Source: a virus. From it: 64,000 nt of DNA. Below, piece by piece: positions 40,540-49,950 of this stretch. A program made the translations under genes and the position numbers. The notes beneath the pieces are model-generated. The model did no database searches and was not told the origin of the DNA. It saw only the letters and a program-made list of their open reading frames with translations. Positions within the stretch are counted from its first letter, which is position 1; every line of letters starts with the position of its first letter. The stretch is taken from IMG/VR virus record IMGVR_UViG_3300043392_000054, positions 1-64,000 of that record. The stretch is one strand, 5' to 3'.

Positions 40540-41611
40540 TCAAGAGTTTAAGTATTTTACAGACTATGTTACTGATAAAGATGCTAAAATCGGTATTTCA
40601 GCTCTTGTTGGTAAATTAAGCCCTAAAATCAGTTCACACAAATCAGCATGGTGTTTTATGCTTGCAAATCAATTAAGAAATGCAGGTTTTAAATACGTTG
40701 ATGTTATTACTACAACTGAAATCGAATGGAATAATTATGATGTTATTCTAATTGACCATGGTATGGAATTTAAAGGTAACTTCAATATTTTTGGAGGAGC
40801 TAACGATGATTTGTACCATCAACTAATTCGTATTAAAAGCAATGTTAAGATGTATAGTTTACATCATGATATGCCATGTATTGGTGCTTTAATCGAACAG
40901 CGTTTAAAAACAGGCACTGACTTATTTAAAACTTTAGAGCAAGATATTGATTTAATTAAAGATATTTGTGCAAATAATATTCCTAGAATAGACCACATTG
41001 AAAAGACAGATAAACTTTGTTTTGGTGATTCTCACTCATTTGGCATGTACCAAGCAGGTTATATGTGTCAGCGTCATGATGGTTTAACAATGCATGGAGC
41101 TCTTAAAAGAGGTTTAGATTCTTATGTATATCCATGGATTAAAACATTAACGTGTTATATGGGTAATATTGATGTTAGACATCATCTTATGAGACAACCT
41201 AATCCTAAAAATGCAGTTGAAATCATGATGAAAAATTATGAACAACAACTTAAAGCGTTACAAGAAAATGGTGTTACTAATATCGAACTAGTTCATGTTT
41301 TACCTATAGAAAATGAATCAAGAGTTTTACCAAAAACAGGGTACTATAAAGATACACCTTTTTATGGAACTTGGTTAGAGCGTACACAACTATCAAAGGA
41401 AATTAATAATGCAATTGACCTAATGTGTGAAAAAAATAAATGGAAAGTGTATAAGCACCCAGACGTTTATTTTAATGATAAAGGTGAATTGACATTTGAT
41501 GTAATGGAACAGCCTAAATCAGTACACATTTCAAGAGAATTTTACAGATGGGATATGGAAGCTAATTGTCCTAATAAGAAATTAGAAAAGAAAGTTACAT
41601 CTTTGTTTTAA
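40532..41611 (+). CDS. Protein with a C-terminal SGNH/GDSL-like domain
   Basis: CFGDSHS (block I), YMGNIDVRHH (block III) and a late SVH; the likely start is ATG 40532. Confidence 0.5.
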   Translation: MNNQEFKYFTDYVTDKDAKIGISALVGKLSPKISSHKSAWCFMLANQLRNAGFKYVDVITTTEIEWNNYDVILIDHGMEFKGNFNIFGGANDDLYHQLIRIKSNVKMYSLHHDMPCIGALIEQRLKTGTDLFKTLEQDIDLIKDICANNIPRIDHIEKTDKLCFGDSHSFGMYQAGYMCQRHDGLTMHGALKRGLDSYVYPWIKTLTCYMGNIDVRHHLMRQPNPKNAVEIMMKNYEQQLKALQENGVTNIELVHVLPIENESRVLPKTGYYKDTPFYGTWLERTQLSKEINNAIDLMCEKNKWKVYKHPDVYFNDKGELTFDVMEQPKSVHISREFYRWDMEANCPNKKLEKKVTSLF

Positions 41612-41616
41612 GATAA

Positions 41617-42840
41617 ATGAAAATACAAACTACAAAGTATTACGAAGAATTTTTACATTATTTTGACCTTGCAACAAGACAACAAGCTCTTTGTAATTTA
41701 GGGACTGTTGGATATATGGAAAGCAATATGGGAGATGCTCTAATGGAGAACATTGAGTTATACGATGTTGTTGAACGTAAATTTGCAGGCTTTTCTCAAA
41801 TCGTAAATGACATTTTTTATGGTTGGACTCCAGAACATCCATATTGGGAAAAAATGAATGCAGGAATTCATACCTCTCAAAGAGAAGAAGTTGCAAAAAA
41901 TTGGACTGGAAAACAACAGATTTTTGGTTTAGAAGAATGGCTTTATCTTTTTATCTTACATAGAGTAACGGGTTCGGGTATTAATTATGCAACAAAACCT
42001 TCTGGTTACCATAACACTCTCTTGTTTCATTTGCATGAATGTGATACAATAGAACAAATGTGTGAAGTTGTTAAATCTCATCAATATCCTTTTTATACTT
42101 CAGTTGGTTATCAGTTTCCAGCTTTTCCTAAACCACCAGAAAATCAAACCAATACAGAAGATTTATTTGTTGGTATGACTGGTTTTTCTAATGAAGTAAC
42201 ATACACTTATAAAAGAGGTGGAGATTATTACTTATGTGAATTTGCACCAAGATTAGCTAGAGACTTAGCAACTTATTTAAGAACTGGTGAAAAGAAACAA
42301 CTTAGAGAATTAGGTGAATGGTTATTTCAATGGAACTATGATAACGGTTTAAGAGCTTATAGGTTTCAATATGCAGCAGTTATTGCAGATATTGCAGATT
42401 GGTACCCAGAATATGTTGTTAGAGAATCTATGTTTTATTATGGTACAAATGCAGTAGAATGTATTGGTTATCTAGCAGACCCAGAAGGTGGTAAAGGTAA
42501 TAAAAAAGGTGAAGAATTTTTAGATGCAGTAATGACTAAAATCTATAATGATACGGGTTCTTTGCCATATAATGCAGAAGATGTTGCATGCGACTATATT
42601 CGTTGGATTGAAAACTACTTAAGACCAGGAAAAGATTATGACCATGTAGATATGGATAATGTTTGGAATAGTAGCTCAATAAAAGACCACCCATTTGGTA
42701 GACAAAAGGCAATGTTAGACTTAGGTATAGTTAAAACATTTAACGGTTTGACTGCTCATCCATCAGATGATAAAATTTTAGTAGAAGCTGGGTTAACAGT
42801 TGAAAAATATAAAGAGATGGTTAAAACACTATACAAATAA
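41617..42840 (+). CDS. aGPT-PPlase / 5-hmdU DNA kinase helical-domain-like protein (base-modification enzyme)
   Basis: DALMENIELYDVVERKFAGFS...WLYLFILHRVTGSG pattern, a helical glycosylase-like body, and cluster context. Confidence 0.5.
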   Translation: MKIQTTKYYEEFLHYFDLATRQQALCNLGTVGYMESNMGDALMENIELYDVVERKFAGFSQIVNDIFYGWTPEHPYWEKMNAGIHTSQREEVAKNWTGKQQIFGLEEWLYLFILHRVTGSGINYATKPSGYHNTLLFHLHECDTIEQMCEVVKSHQYPFYTSVGYQFPAFPKPPENQTNTEDLFVGMTGFSNEVTYTYKRGGDYYLCEFAPRLARDLATYLRTGEKKQLRELGEWLFQWNYDNGLRAYRFQYAAVIADIADWYPEYVVRESMFYYGTNAVECIGYLADPEGGKGNKKGEEFLDAVMTKIYNDTGSLPYNAEDVACDYIRWIENYLRPGKDYDHVDMDNVWNSSSIKDHPFGRQKAMLDLGIVKTFNGLTAHPSDDKILVEAGLTVEKYKEMVKTLYK

Positions 42841-43892
42841 TGAATACATTGTTAGAAGATAATTTTATAAGACCAGATGCTTGCGAATTACCAAAGGCAA
42901 AAAAGAAGTATCAACAAGTCGAATCTTTATTTGAAGATGAAGGAGTTCATTATACCAATATTGAATATCCAAATACTTCTGAGGTTAAAATGAAAAATGG
43001 TAAACCCATTGAATCTTGGATGAAAGATTGGACTCAAGAAGAACGCTTTGATAAATTCTTTGAGTTTTGCGAAGCTTTTGATAAAAGACAAGACAAATTA
43101 TTAGCTGAAGATTATCAAATATTTTCACATAGATTACATTGGCATGAACATCCTTTTTGTGATTTAATGCAAAATGTGACAGACCCAATGAAACGACTTT
43201 GGTATACTCTAGTATTTTCATTTACTAATGAGCATTGGGGAACTTTAACAATGTTAATTAATGAAGGTGAAGAAGCTCTCAGAAAGCATTTTAAAGATAA
43301 CCGTCACGCTCGCAATGACTTGTTTCAGATATACTATCCTAAAGGCACAGATGTTAAGGAGTGGCTTTTATGGGGTCCCAAGAAAGCAGCTGAAAAAATG
43401 CATCATGTTTTAGAGAATTTAGACCGTCCATATACAATGATGGAATTTGCTAAAATCATGGAGAAGTATTTTAAAGAAGACCAAGATTTTAGAAGTCCTT
43501 TATACCCATGTAAAAATGCAGCTAGATATTTAGCTATGGCATACCCACATTTAATAAATCCAGAAACACCTTTATATGGTGGAACAGGACACTTTGACGG
43601 TATGCAACAAATTTTTAGTGGCTCTAATGTTAATGGTAAAGTTAAATACACTATTGGTAAAAATGGTGAATTTATCGCTGAGAATAAATATGCTGAGTTA
43701 TGGTTAGAACAAATGGAAACTTTAGTTAATCATCCTAAGAATCCAATGACTAGTCAAAAATGGTTAAATGTAGAAGATAAAACATGTTTCTTTTATAAGC
43801 ATATAGCTATTTCACATGGTGTTAAATCACCAACCAAAAGAATACCATATACCTGGATATTTCCAGAATCGTTTTCACTTAAAAAAGATTAA
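42840..43892 (+). CDS. Second aGPT-PPlase/HMUDK-helical-like protein
   Basis: DKLLAEDYQIFSHRLHWHEHPF...RLWYTLVFSFTNEHWGT parallels the same N-terminal pattern; coupled by TAATG. Confidence 0.45.
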   Translation: MNTLLEDNFIRPDACELPKAKKKYQQVESLFEDEGVHYTNIEYPNTSEVKMKNGKPIESWMKDWTQEERFDKFFEFCEAFDKRQDKLLAEDYQIFSHRLHWHEHPFCDLMQNVTDPMKRLWYTLVFSFTNEHWGTLTMLINEGEEALRKHFKDNRHARNDLFQIYYPKGTDVKEWLLWGPKKAAEKMHHVLENLDRPYTMMEFAKIMEKYFKEDQDFRSPLYPCKNAARYLAMAYPHLINPETPLYGGTGHFDGMQQIFSGSNVNGKVKYTIGKNGEFIAENKYAELWLEQMETLVNHPKNPMTSQKWLNVEDKTCFFYKHIAISHGVKSPTKRIPYTWIFPESFSLKKD

Positions 43893-44777
43893 ATGTCACA
43901 TAATAATCACACAAAAAGCAGTTATAATCAAGACCTTAATTTAGCTTATCCTAATAGAGATTCTTGGTTAGAATTAGCTGGAGATTGGAAAGACCCATTT
44001 CCTGCACCTATTATTAAAGAACATGATGGATTTAATGTAGTTAGAGAAGATTTAATGGGCTTTGGTTCTAAATGTCGTTTTGGCGATATTTTAGTTTCAA
44101 CTTGTCAATCAGATACATTAGTCTATGTGCAACCTAGATATGGTTTTGCTGGAATTTCATTGGCTTATTTAGCTAAAAAATACAATAAGAAATTAGTTCT
44201 TTTTAGTCCAAGCCAAAAAGAAATTTCAGACCATCAAGCTATTTGTATTGAAAGAGGAGCAGATATGAGATTTCGTAGAATTGCTGCTATGCCAAATCTT
44301 AATAAGATTGCTGCAGATTGGGCAAGAGAAAATAATGCGTTCTTTATTCCATTAGGGTTAAGACACGAATTAGTTACAGCAGCTGCAGTAAAAGTTGCGT
44401 ATGACTTAGCACAAGAACATGGAGAACCTAAAGAAGTTTGGCATGCTATTTCAACAGGAGTTTTAGGTAGAGCTTTACAAATTGCATGGCCTAATGCAGA
44501 ATTTAATGGAGTAGCAGTCGCTAGAAACATTAAAGATGGTGAAAGAGGTAGAGCAACTATTTGGTCACATCCAAAAGAATTTAGTCAAAACGTATCAGAT
44601 GAGTTTATACCTCCATTTCCAAGTGCATTAAATTATGACGCTAAAGCTTGGGAATTTATGGTCAAGCATGGTAGAGAAGGAGCTTGGTTTTGGAATGTAG
44701 GAGGAAATCCTAAACCAGAAAGTGAAGAGACTAAACTACTTACAAATTCTCAAAGAGAATGGGGCGAAATAAGATAA
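43893..44777 (+). CDS. PLP-dependent enzyme, fold type II (PALP; ACC deaminase/cysteine desulfhydrase-like)
   Basis: VREDLMGFGSKCR (Schiff-base Lys), GFAGISLAYLAK, AISTGVLGRAL, NYDAKAW and FWNVG. Confidence 0.8.
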   Translation: MSHNNHTKSSYNQDLNLAYPNRDSWLELAGDWKDPFPAPIIKEHDGFNVVREDLMGFGSKCRFGDILVSTCQSDTLVYVQPRYGFAGISLAYLAKKYNKKLVLFSPSQKEISDHQAICIERGADMRFRRIAAMPNLNKIAADWARENNAFFIPLGLRHELVTAAAVKVAYDLAQEHGEPKEVWHAISTGVLGRALQIAWPNAEFNGVAVARNIKDGERGRATIWSHPKEFSQNVSDEFIPPFPSALNYDAKAWEFMVKHGREGAWFWNVGGNPKPESEETKLLTNSQREWGEIR

Positions 44778-44838
44778 TTCTTTTCTTAATATACAGAAAC
44801 AATCAATCAAATTAGCATATAACTTTTAAAATAAAATT

Positions 44839-45306
44839 ATGGCAAATATAGACAATGAATGCAAAGACTTAGAAGTTAATGACTTCTATGACCAGTCGGC
44901 AACACACTTAGCAGATATTATGGAGCATCAAAAAGAGATGCAAGAGAAAACTTATGGTATTAAGTTTGAAGATATGACTATTCGCGAAGTAATGAATTTT
45001 TGGCATGTAAATACACATGCTGTAATTGATGAGATTCATGAAATGACAGATGCTTTAGGCGGTATTAAAGATGGTGATGGTAATGCTGTTTGGAAATATT
45101 GGAAAAAAGCTCATACTAAATATGAGACTATGAAAATTTCAGACCTTTCAGAAGGAGATAAGAAAGAACTCTATATGGAATGGGTTGACATCTTACATTT
45201 CTTTATTAATTATGCAGCTTCAATTGGCTTAGACGCCAAAACAGCTTATAATTATTATTTTACAAAAGCAGCAGAGAATAAAGCGCGTCAGGCCAGAGGT
45301 TATTAA
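44839..45306 (+). CDS. Dimeric dUTPase / MazG-like all-alpha NTP pyrophosphatase
   Basis: IDEIHEMTDAL...WKYWK...EWVDILHF...K..EN..RQ. Confidence 0.75.
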   Translation: MANIDNECKDLEVNDFYDQSATHLADIMEHQKEMQEKTYGIKFEDMTIREVMNFWHVNTHAVIDEIHEMTDALGGIKDGDGNAVWKYWKKAHTKYETMKISDLSEGDKKELYMEWVDILHFFINYAASIGLDAKTAYNYYFTKAAENKARQARGY

Positions 45307-45323
45307 TATTAAATAAATACAAA

Positions 45324-46745
45324 ATGCTATTAGACATTGAACAGAAAGAAAAAGAAGTTATCGTATCATATTATAATAAAGAGGGAGAAGTAGCATTTAA
45401 GCGTTATCCAATTGCGCAATTTAAAAATTGGCATGTATGCAATGCATCTGATAAAGATGCAAATCAAAAATTCAAAAACTGGGATGGTAGAGGAGTTAAG
45501 CTATTACCTGGCAAACAATTTAATAAGTTTTCATTAGTGTATTTCATGGATAATTTACCTGAAAAGGATAAAGAAGAAATCTATGAGTTTAATATGCCGA
45601 AAACTTATTTTATAGATATTGAAACCGAAATCGTAGACGGTTTCCCTAAAGCTGAAGATGCTAAGTCTAGAATTTTAGCATTTTCAATTATTACCCCTAA
45701 TAAAAAAGCAATCGTACTAGGATTAGAAGACTTAGCGTCTGATAAGATTAAAAAAATTGAAGACGATACCAATGAGTACTTTAAGCAATTTGGGGATGAA
45801 TGGACTTTTCAATATATGAAGTTTAAAACAGAATATGATATGTTATATACATTTCTGTTTAAATTAATGCCTAAGTTTCCAATGATGACAGGTTGGAACT
45901 TTATTAATTATGACTGGAAATATATCGTAAATCGTTGCAAGCGTTTACAGATTGATTTAACTGATGCAGCAGTTACAAAATCTCTAGATAAAGAGGATTC
46001 AAGACCACTTCACATGGGTATTCTTGACTACATGCAATTATATGATAAATATGACCGTTCGGTTAAAGTTAAAGAATCTAACACCTTAGATTTTGTTTCT
46101 AGTCAAATCTTAAATATGAACAAAATCAAATATACTGGTTCATTACAAGATTTATATCGAGATAATTTTACAAAATATATTTACTATAACGTTGTCGATT
46201 CAGTTTTGGTTTATTATATTGACCAAAAAATTAAATCAATGGAGGTATTAATTACCTTAGCTACTATAGCAAAAATGCCTTTATATAAAGCAGCATCTCC
46301 AGTAGCTTCAACAGAAGCCCTAATCGCTAGAAAATTAGTAGATGACGGTAAACGTATTGGTACTGAAGCTAGAGAAGATAATAAAAAAGATTCTAAATAT
46401 GCTGGAGCATTTGTTAAGGAACCTATTGTTGGTTTCTATGAAGGAGTTTCAGCGTTTGACTTTGCATCCCTATACCCATCGATTATGCGACAATTTAATA
46501 TTTCGCCAGATGCATTTATAGAAAAAGTTCAACCTTCTCAAATTGAAGAAAAAAGAAAAGATAAAAATATTATTGTTTGTGAAAATGGAGTAGTTTATAA
46601 TAAAGAAGACTCAATCTTAAAAAAAATATTATCAGATTTATATGGTCAAAGAAAGCATTATAAGAAGCTCTCGTATGAATTTTATACTAAAGCCGAAGAT
46701 TTAAAAAAGAAAATTTTATTAGCTGAAAAACAGATTAATAATTAA
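45324..46745 (+). CDS. gp43: DNA polymerase family B, N-terminal subunit (gp43A-like: 3'-5' exonuclease and palm motif A)
   Basis: ExoI DIETE, ExoII GWNFINYD, ExoIII YNVVD and motif A DFASLYPS. It ends after the first fingers helix (LYGQRKHYKK). Confidence 0.9.
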   Translation: MLLDIEQKEKEVIVSYYNKEGEVAFKRYPIAQFKNWHVCNASDKDANQKFKNWDGRGVKLLPGKQFNKFSLVYFMDNLPEKDKEEIYEFNMPKTYFIDIETEIVDGFPKAEDAKSRILAFSIITPNKKAIVLGLEDLASDKIKKIEDDTNEYFKQFGDEWTFQYMKFKTEYDMLYTFLFKLMPKFPMMTGWNFINYDWKYIVNRCKRLQIDLTDAAVTKSLDKEDSRPLHMGILDYMQLYDKYDRSVKVKESNTLDFVSSQILNMNKIKYTGSLQDLYRDNFTKYIYYNVVDSVLVYYIDQKIKSMEVLITLATIAKMPLYKAASPVASTEALIARKLVDDGKRIGTEAREDNKKDSKYAGAFVKEPIVGFYEGVSAFDFASLYPSIMRQFNISPDAFIEKVQPSQIEEKRKDKNIIVCENGVVYNKEDSILKKILSDLYGQRKHYKKLSYEFYTKAEDLKKKILLAEKQINN

Positions 46746-46801
46746 GAGTAAAATATATAAAAAACAAATAGCAAAGACTTTCAAATCATAAAAATCAAAA
46801 C

Positions 46802-47782
46802 ATGAATAACAATATTTTTTTAAAACGAGTAAATATTTTACCTTATGAATATCCATCTCTTTTAGATTACAAGGACGCGATTAGACATTCTTACTGGATT
46901 CACACGGAGTTTAACTTTACAACTGATATTGATGATTTTAAGACAAAGGTATCTGATACAGAACGCGAAGTAATTAAGCGTGCAATGCTTGCAATTGCTC
47001 AAATTGAGGTTAACGTTAAGACTTTCTGGGCAGACCTTTACAAAAGAATGCCAATTACTGAAATTGGTGATGTAGGTATGACATTTGCTGAGTCTGAGGT
47101 AAGACATAAAGATGCTTATGCTCAACTATTAAGAATTTTAGGTTTAGAAGAAGAGTTTCAAGGTGTTGTAGAAATTCCAGCCATTAAAGATAGAATTGCA
47201 TATTTGTCAAAATACTTAGATGGTTCTCGCAGCAAAGATAATAAGATGTATACTAAATCAGTTCTCCTATTCTCTTTATTCATTGAGCACGTAAGTTTAT
47301 TCAGTCAATTTTTAATCATGATGAGCTTTAATAAAGAGAAGAATCTTTTTAAGGGTATTTCTAATGTTGTTGAAGCTACATCAAAAGAGGAAGAGATTCA
47401 TGGTAATTTTGGCTCAGAGCTTATTAATATTATTAAAAGAGAAAATCCAGAGTGGTTTGATGCAGAATTTGAGGCACTAATTGATTCAGCTTGTAAAAAA
47501 GCTTATGCTGCTGAAGTTAAAATTTTAGATTGGATTTTTGAAAAAGGAGAACTTTCATTCTTATCAAAAGATACAATCAAACAATTTATTCAAAACAGAT
47601 TTAATAATTCATTACAAAGAATCGGTATGAATCCTGTATTTGAAGTAGATTTCCAAGAACTTGAAAAAACATTATGGTTCGATGTTGAAATTCTTTCAAC
47701 AAAAGAAGGTGATTTCTTTTATAAAAAATCAGTAGATTATAATAAGAAGAGCAAAAGTATTACCGAAGACGATTTATTTTAA
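46802..47782 (+). CDS. nrdB: Ribonucleotide reductase class I beta subunit (Flavobacteria class Id-like)
   Basis: LAIAQIEVNVK, ESEVRHKDAY, IEHVSLFSQF, EEEIH, and C-terminal DFF.K..VDY.K..KSIT..DLF. Confidence 0.92.
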   Translation: MNNNIFLKRVNILPYEYPSLLDYKDAIRHSYWIHTEFNFTTDIDDFKTKVSDTEREVIKRAMLAIAQIEVNVKTFWADLYKRMPITEIGDVGMTFAESEVRHKDAYAQLLRILGLEEEFQGVVEIPAIKDRIAYLSKYLDGSRSKDNKMYTKSVLLFSLFIEHVSLFSQFLIMMSFNKEKNLFKGISNVVEATSKEEEIHGNFGSELINIIKRENPEWFDAEFEALIDSACKKAYAAEVKILDWIFEKGELSFLSKDTIKQFIQNRFNNSLQRIGMNPVFEVDFQELEKTLWFDVEILSTKEGDFFYKKSVDYNKKSKSITEDDLF

Positions 47783-47803
47783 TTTAAAAACAAAACACAC
47801 TAA

Positions 47804-49429
47804 ATGGAATACAAGAAGTATTATTGGTTGAATGAGGATAGCAGAACATTCCTATCTAGAGGGTATATTAGCGAAACGCCCGAACAAAGAATTAAAGATA
47901 TTGCTAATCGAGCAGAGAAATATCTAAAGGTCGAAGGTTTTGCAAAAAAGTTTGAAGATTATATGGCTAGAGGATTTTACAGTCTTTCAACGCCAGTTTG
48001 GATTAATTTTGGTAAAGATAAAGGTCTTCCAATTAGTTGTTATGGTTCTAATGTTGATGATACATTAGATAGTATCTTAAACGGTTCTAGAGAAATTGGA
48101 ATGATGTCAAAGTATGGCGGTGGAACTTCAATTTTCTTAGGAAACATTAGAGCAAGAGGTTCTAAAATTTCAACAGGTGGAACAGCGGATGGTCCTGTTC
48201 ACTACGCAAGAATGTATGACACAACGGTTGACGTTTGTAAACAATCAGAAGCAAGAAGAGGTGCATGTGCAGCATGGTTACCAGTAGAACACAGCGACAT
48301 CTTAGAATTTTTAGATATTGGTTCAGATGGAAACCCTATTCAAAACTTACAATATGGTGTTACAGTGACTGACCAATGGTTAGAAGAAATGAAAGCTGGC
48401 GATGCAGATAAGCGTAAGATTTGGGCTAAGATTATTCAAAGACGTAATGAGTTTGGTTTTCCATACATTATGTTTAAAGACAACTCAAATAATAATTCTC
48501 CTTATAAAGAATTAGGTCTTGAAATTACAGCATCTAACCTGTGCTCAGAGATTCAATTACCAACAGATTCATTCAATTCATTTGTTTGCTGCTTAGGTTC
48601 TATCAATCTTTTACACTGGGACGAATTAAAAGATACTGACGCTATTGAAATCTATACAATGTTCCTTAATGCAGTAATGGACGAGTTCGTTAAGAAATCA
48701 TACAATATGCCAGGCATGTCAAGAGCTCATAGATTTGCAGAGCAACATAGAGCATTAGGAGTTGGAGTTTTAGGATACCATTCATTATTCCAATCTAAAT
48801 TAATTGAATTCGATTCATTAGAGGCAAAACAATTAAATTATCAAATCTTTAAAATGCTTAAAGAAAAAACTGAAGCTGCTTCTAAATATTTACACGATGA
48901 GAAGGGTTATCGTTCTTTAAGAGAAGGATTTGCAAATACAACTTTAGTTGCTATTGCTCCAACAAAATCAAGTTCATTTATTCATGGTCAAGTTTCAATG
49001 GGAATTGAACCAATTAAGTCTAATTATTTCGTAAAAGACTTAGCAAAATCTAAGACTATTTATAAGAATCCTTTCTTAATTCAAGAGTTAGAGAAATACG
49101 GTTTAAATACGCCTGAAACATGGGAAAGTATTTTAAAAAGAGATGGTTCAGTTCAACACTTAGATTTTCCAACTAAAGGAGTATTTAAATCATTTATTGA
49201 AATCTCACCAAGTGAAATCGTTTTACAAGCTGGTCAAAGACAACAATTTATTGACCAATCACAATCTTTAAATTTAATGATTCACCCAAGTGTACCAGCT
49301 AAAGATATTAATCAACTATATCTAAAAGCACATGAATTAGGAGTTAAAACTTTATATTATCAATTTAGCCAAAGTTCAGCACAATCATTCGCAAGAGATA
49401 TTCTTGAATGTGCAAGCTGCGAGGCATAA
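47804..49429 (+). CDS. nrdA: Ribonucleotide reductase class I alpha subunit, compact, without an ATP cone
   Basis: PISCY, SNLCSEI (radical Cys), IAPTKSSS, TLYYQ and C-terminal CASCEA. Confidence 0.93.
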   Translation: MEYKKYYWLNEDSRTFLSRGYISETPEQRIKDIANRAEKYLKVEGFAKKFEDYMARGFYSLSTPVWINFGKDKGLPISCYGSNVDDTLDSILNGSREIGMMSKYGGGTSIFLGNIRARGSKISTGGTADGPVHYARMYDTTVDVCKQSEARRGACAAWLPVEHSDILEFLDIGSDGNPIQNLQYGVTVTDQWLEEMKAGDADKRKIWAKIIQRRNEFGFPYIMFKDNSNNNSPYKELGLEITASNLCSEIQLPTDSFNSFVCCLGSINLLHWDELKDTDAIEIYTMFLNAVMDEFVKKSYNMPGMSRAHRFAEQHRALGVGVLGYHSLFQSKLIEFDSLEAKQLNYQIFKMLKEKTEAASKYLHDEKGYRSLREGFANTTLVAIAPTKSSSFIHGQVSMGIEPIKSNYFVKDLAKSKTIYKNPFLIQELEKYGLNTPETWESILKRDGSVQHLDFPTKGVFKSFIEISPSEIVLQAGQRQQFIDQSQSLNLMIHPSVPAKDINQLYLKAHELGVKTLYYQFSQSSAQSFARDILECASCEA

Positions 49430-49437
49430 AAGATCCG

Positions 49438-49523
49438 GTGGCTTGAAACATAGCCACATTTTAGGACCGTTTTAGTTAACGGGTTGGGCAGGAAACAAGT
49501 TCGCTACTATTCCTGCCCTTTTT
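49438..49523 (+). ncRNA. Three-hairpin structured element ending in a terminator, immediately 3' of nrdA
   Basis: GTGGCT/AGCCAC, CCGTT/AACGG and GGGCAGGAA/TTCCTGCCC stems plus a T tract; GC-rich against an AT-rich background. Confidence 0.5.
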
Positions 49524-49617
49524 ATGTTTTAAGGAGATATATAATAAAATAATCTTAAACATATTTTTTTATTTCACGTAAATTAATTATATTTGTATAT
49601 CAAAAAACAACAAAATT

Positions 49618-49950
49618 ATGAAACACATTAAATTATTCGAACAGTTCGTAAACGAAGCTGTTAAATTTATCGATTTTAAATTTAACTCGCATAAAGACCA
49701 TAATCCATCATGTGATATTTTACAAGGTCACTTAGATGCAGATACTTTTATTACATACGGAATTTATATTAAAGATTATGGCGCAAGAAAAACCGGAGAT
49801 GAATTTATGGAATACTACACAGGTGAAAACTATAATGTAGGTTCATCTAAAAAATCAAATTCTAGAGTGTATACTGTGGATAAAATTCCAGCAAAATATA
49901 AGGCTGCTTGGGAAGAGTTAAAGTCAAAATACGAAGCTGAATATAAATAA
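49618..49950 (+). CDS. Small protein with a capsid-targeting-like N-terminus (MKHIKLFEQFVNE|A)
   Basis: ORF track; motif shared with other genes in the window. Confidence 0.65.
   Translation: MKHIKLFEQFVNEAVKFIDFKFNSHKDHNPSCDILQGHLDADTFITYGIYIKDYGARKTGDEFMEYYTGENYNVGSSKKSNSRVYTVDKIPAKYKAAWEELKSKYEAEYK

Noticed and set aside
49433-49520. tRNA gene (GC-rich, contains GTTCG)
   Set aside because: No cloverleaf can be built: there is no acceptor stem or anticodon arm, and GTTCG sits at a terminator apex.
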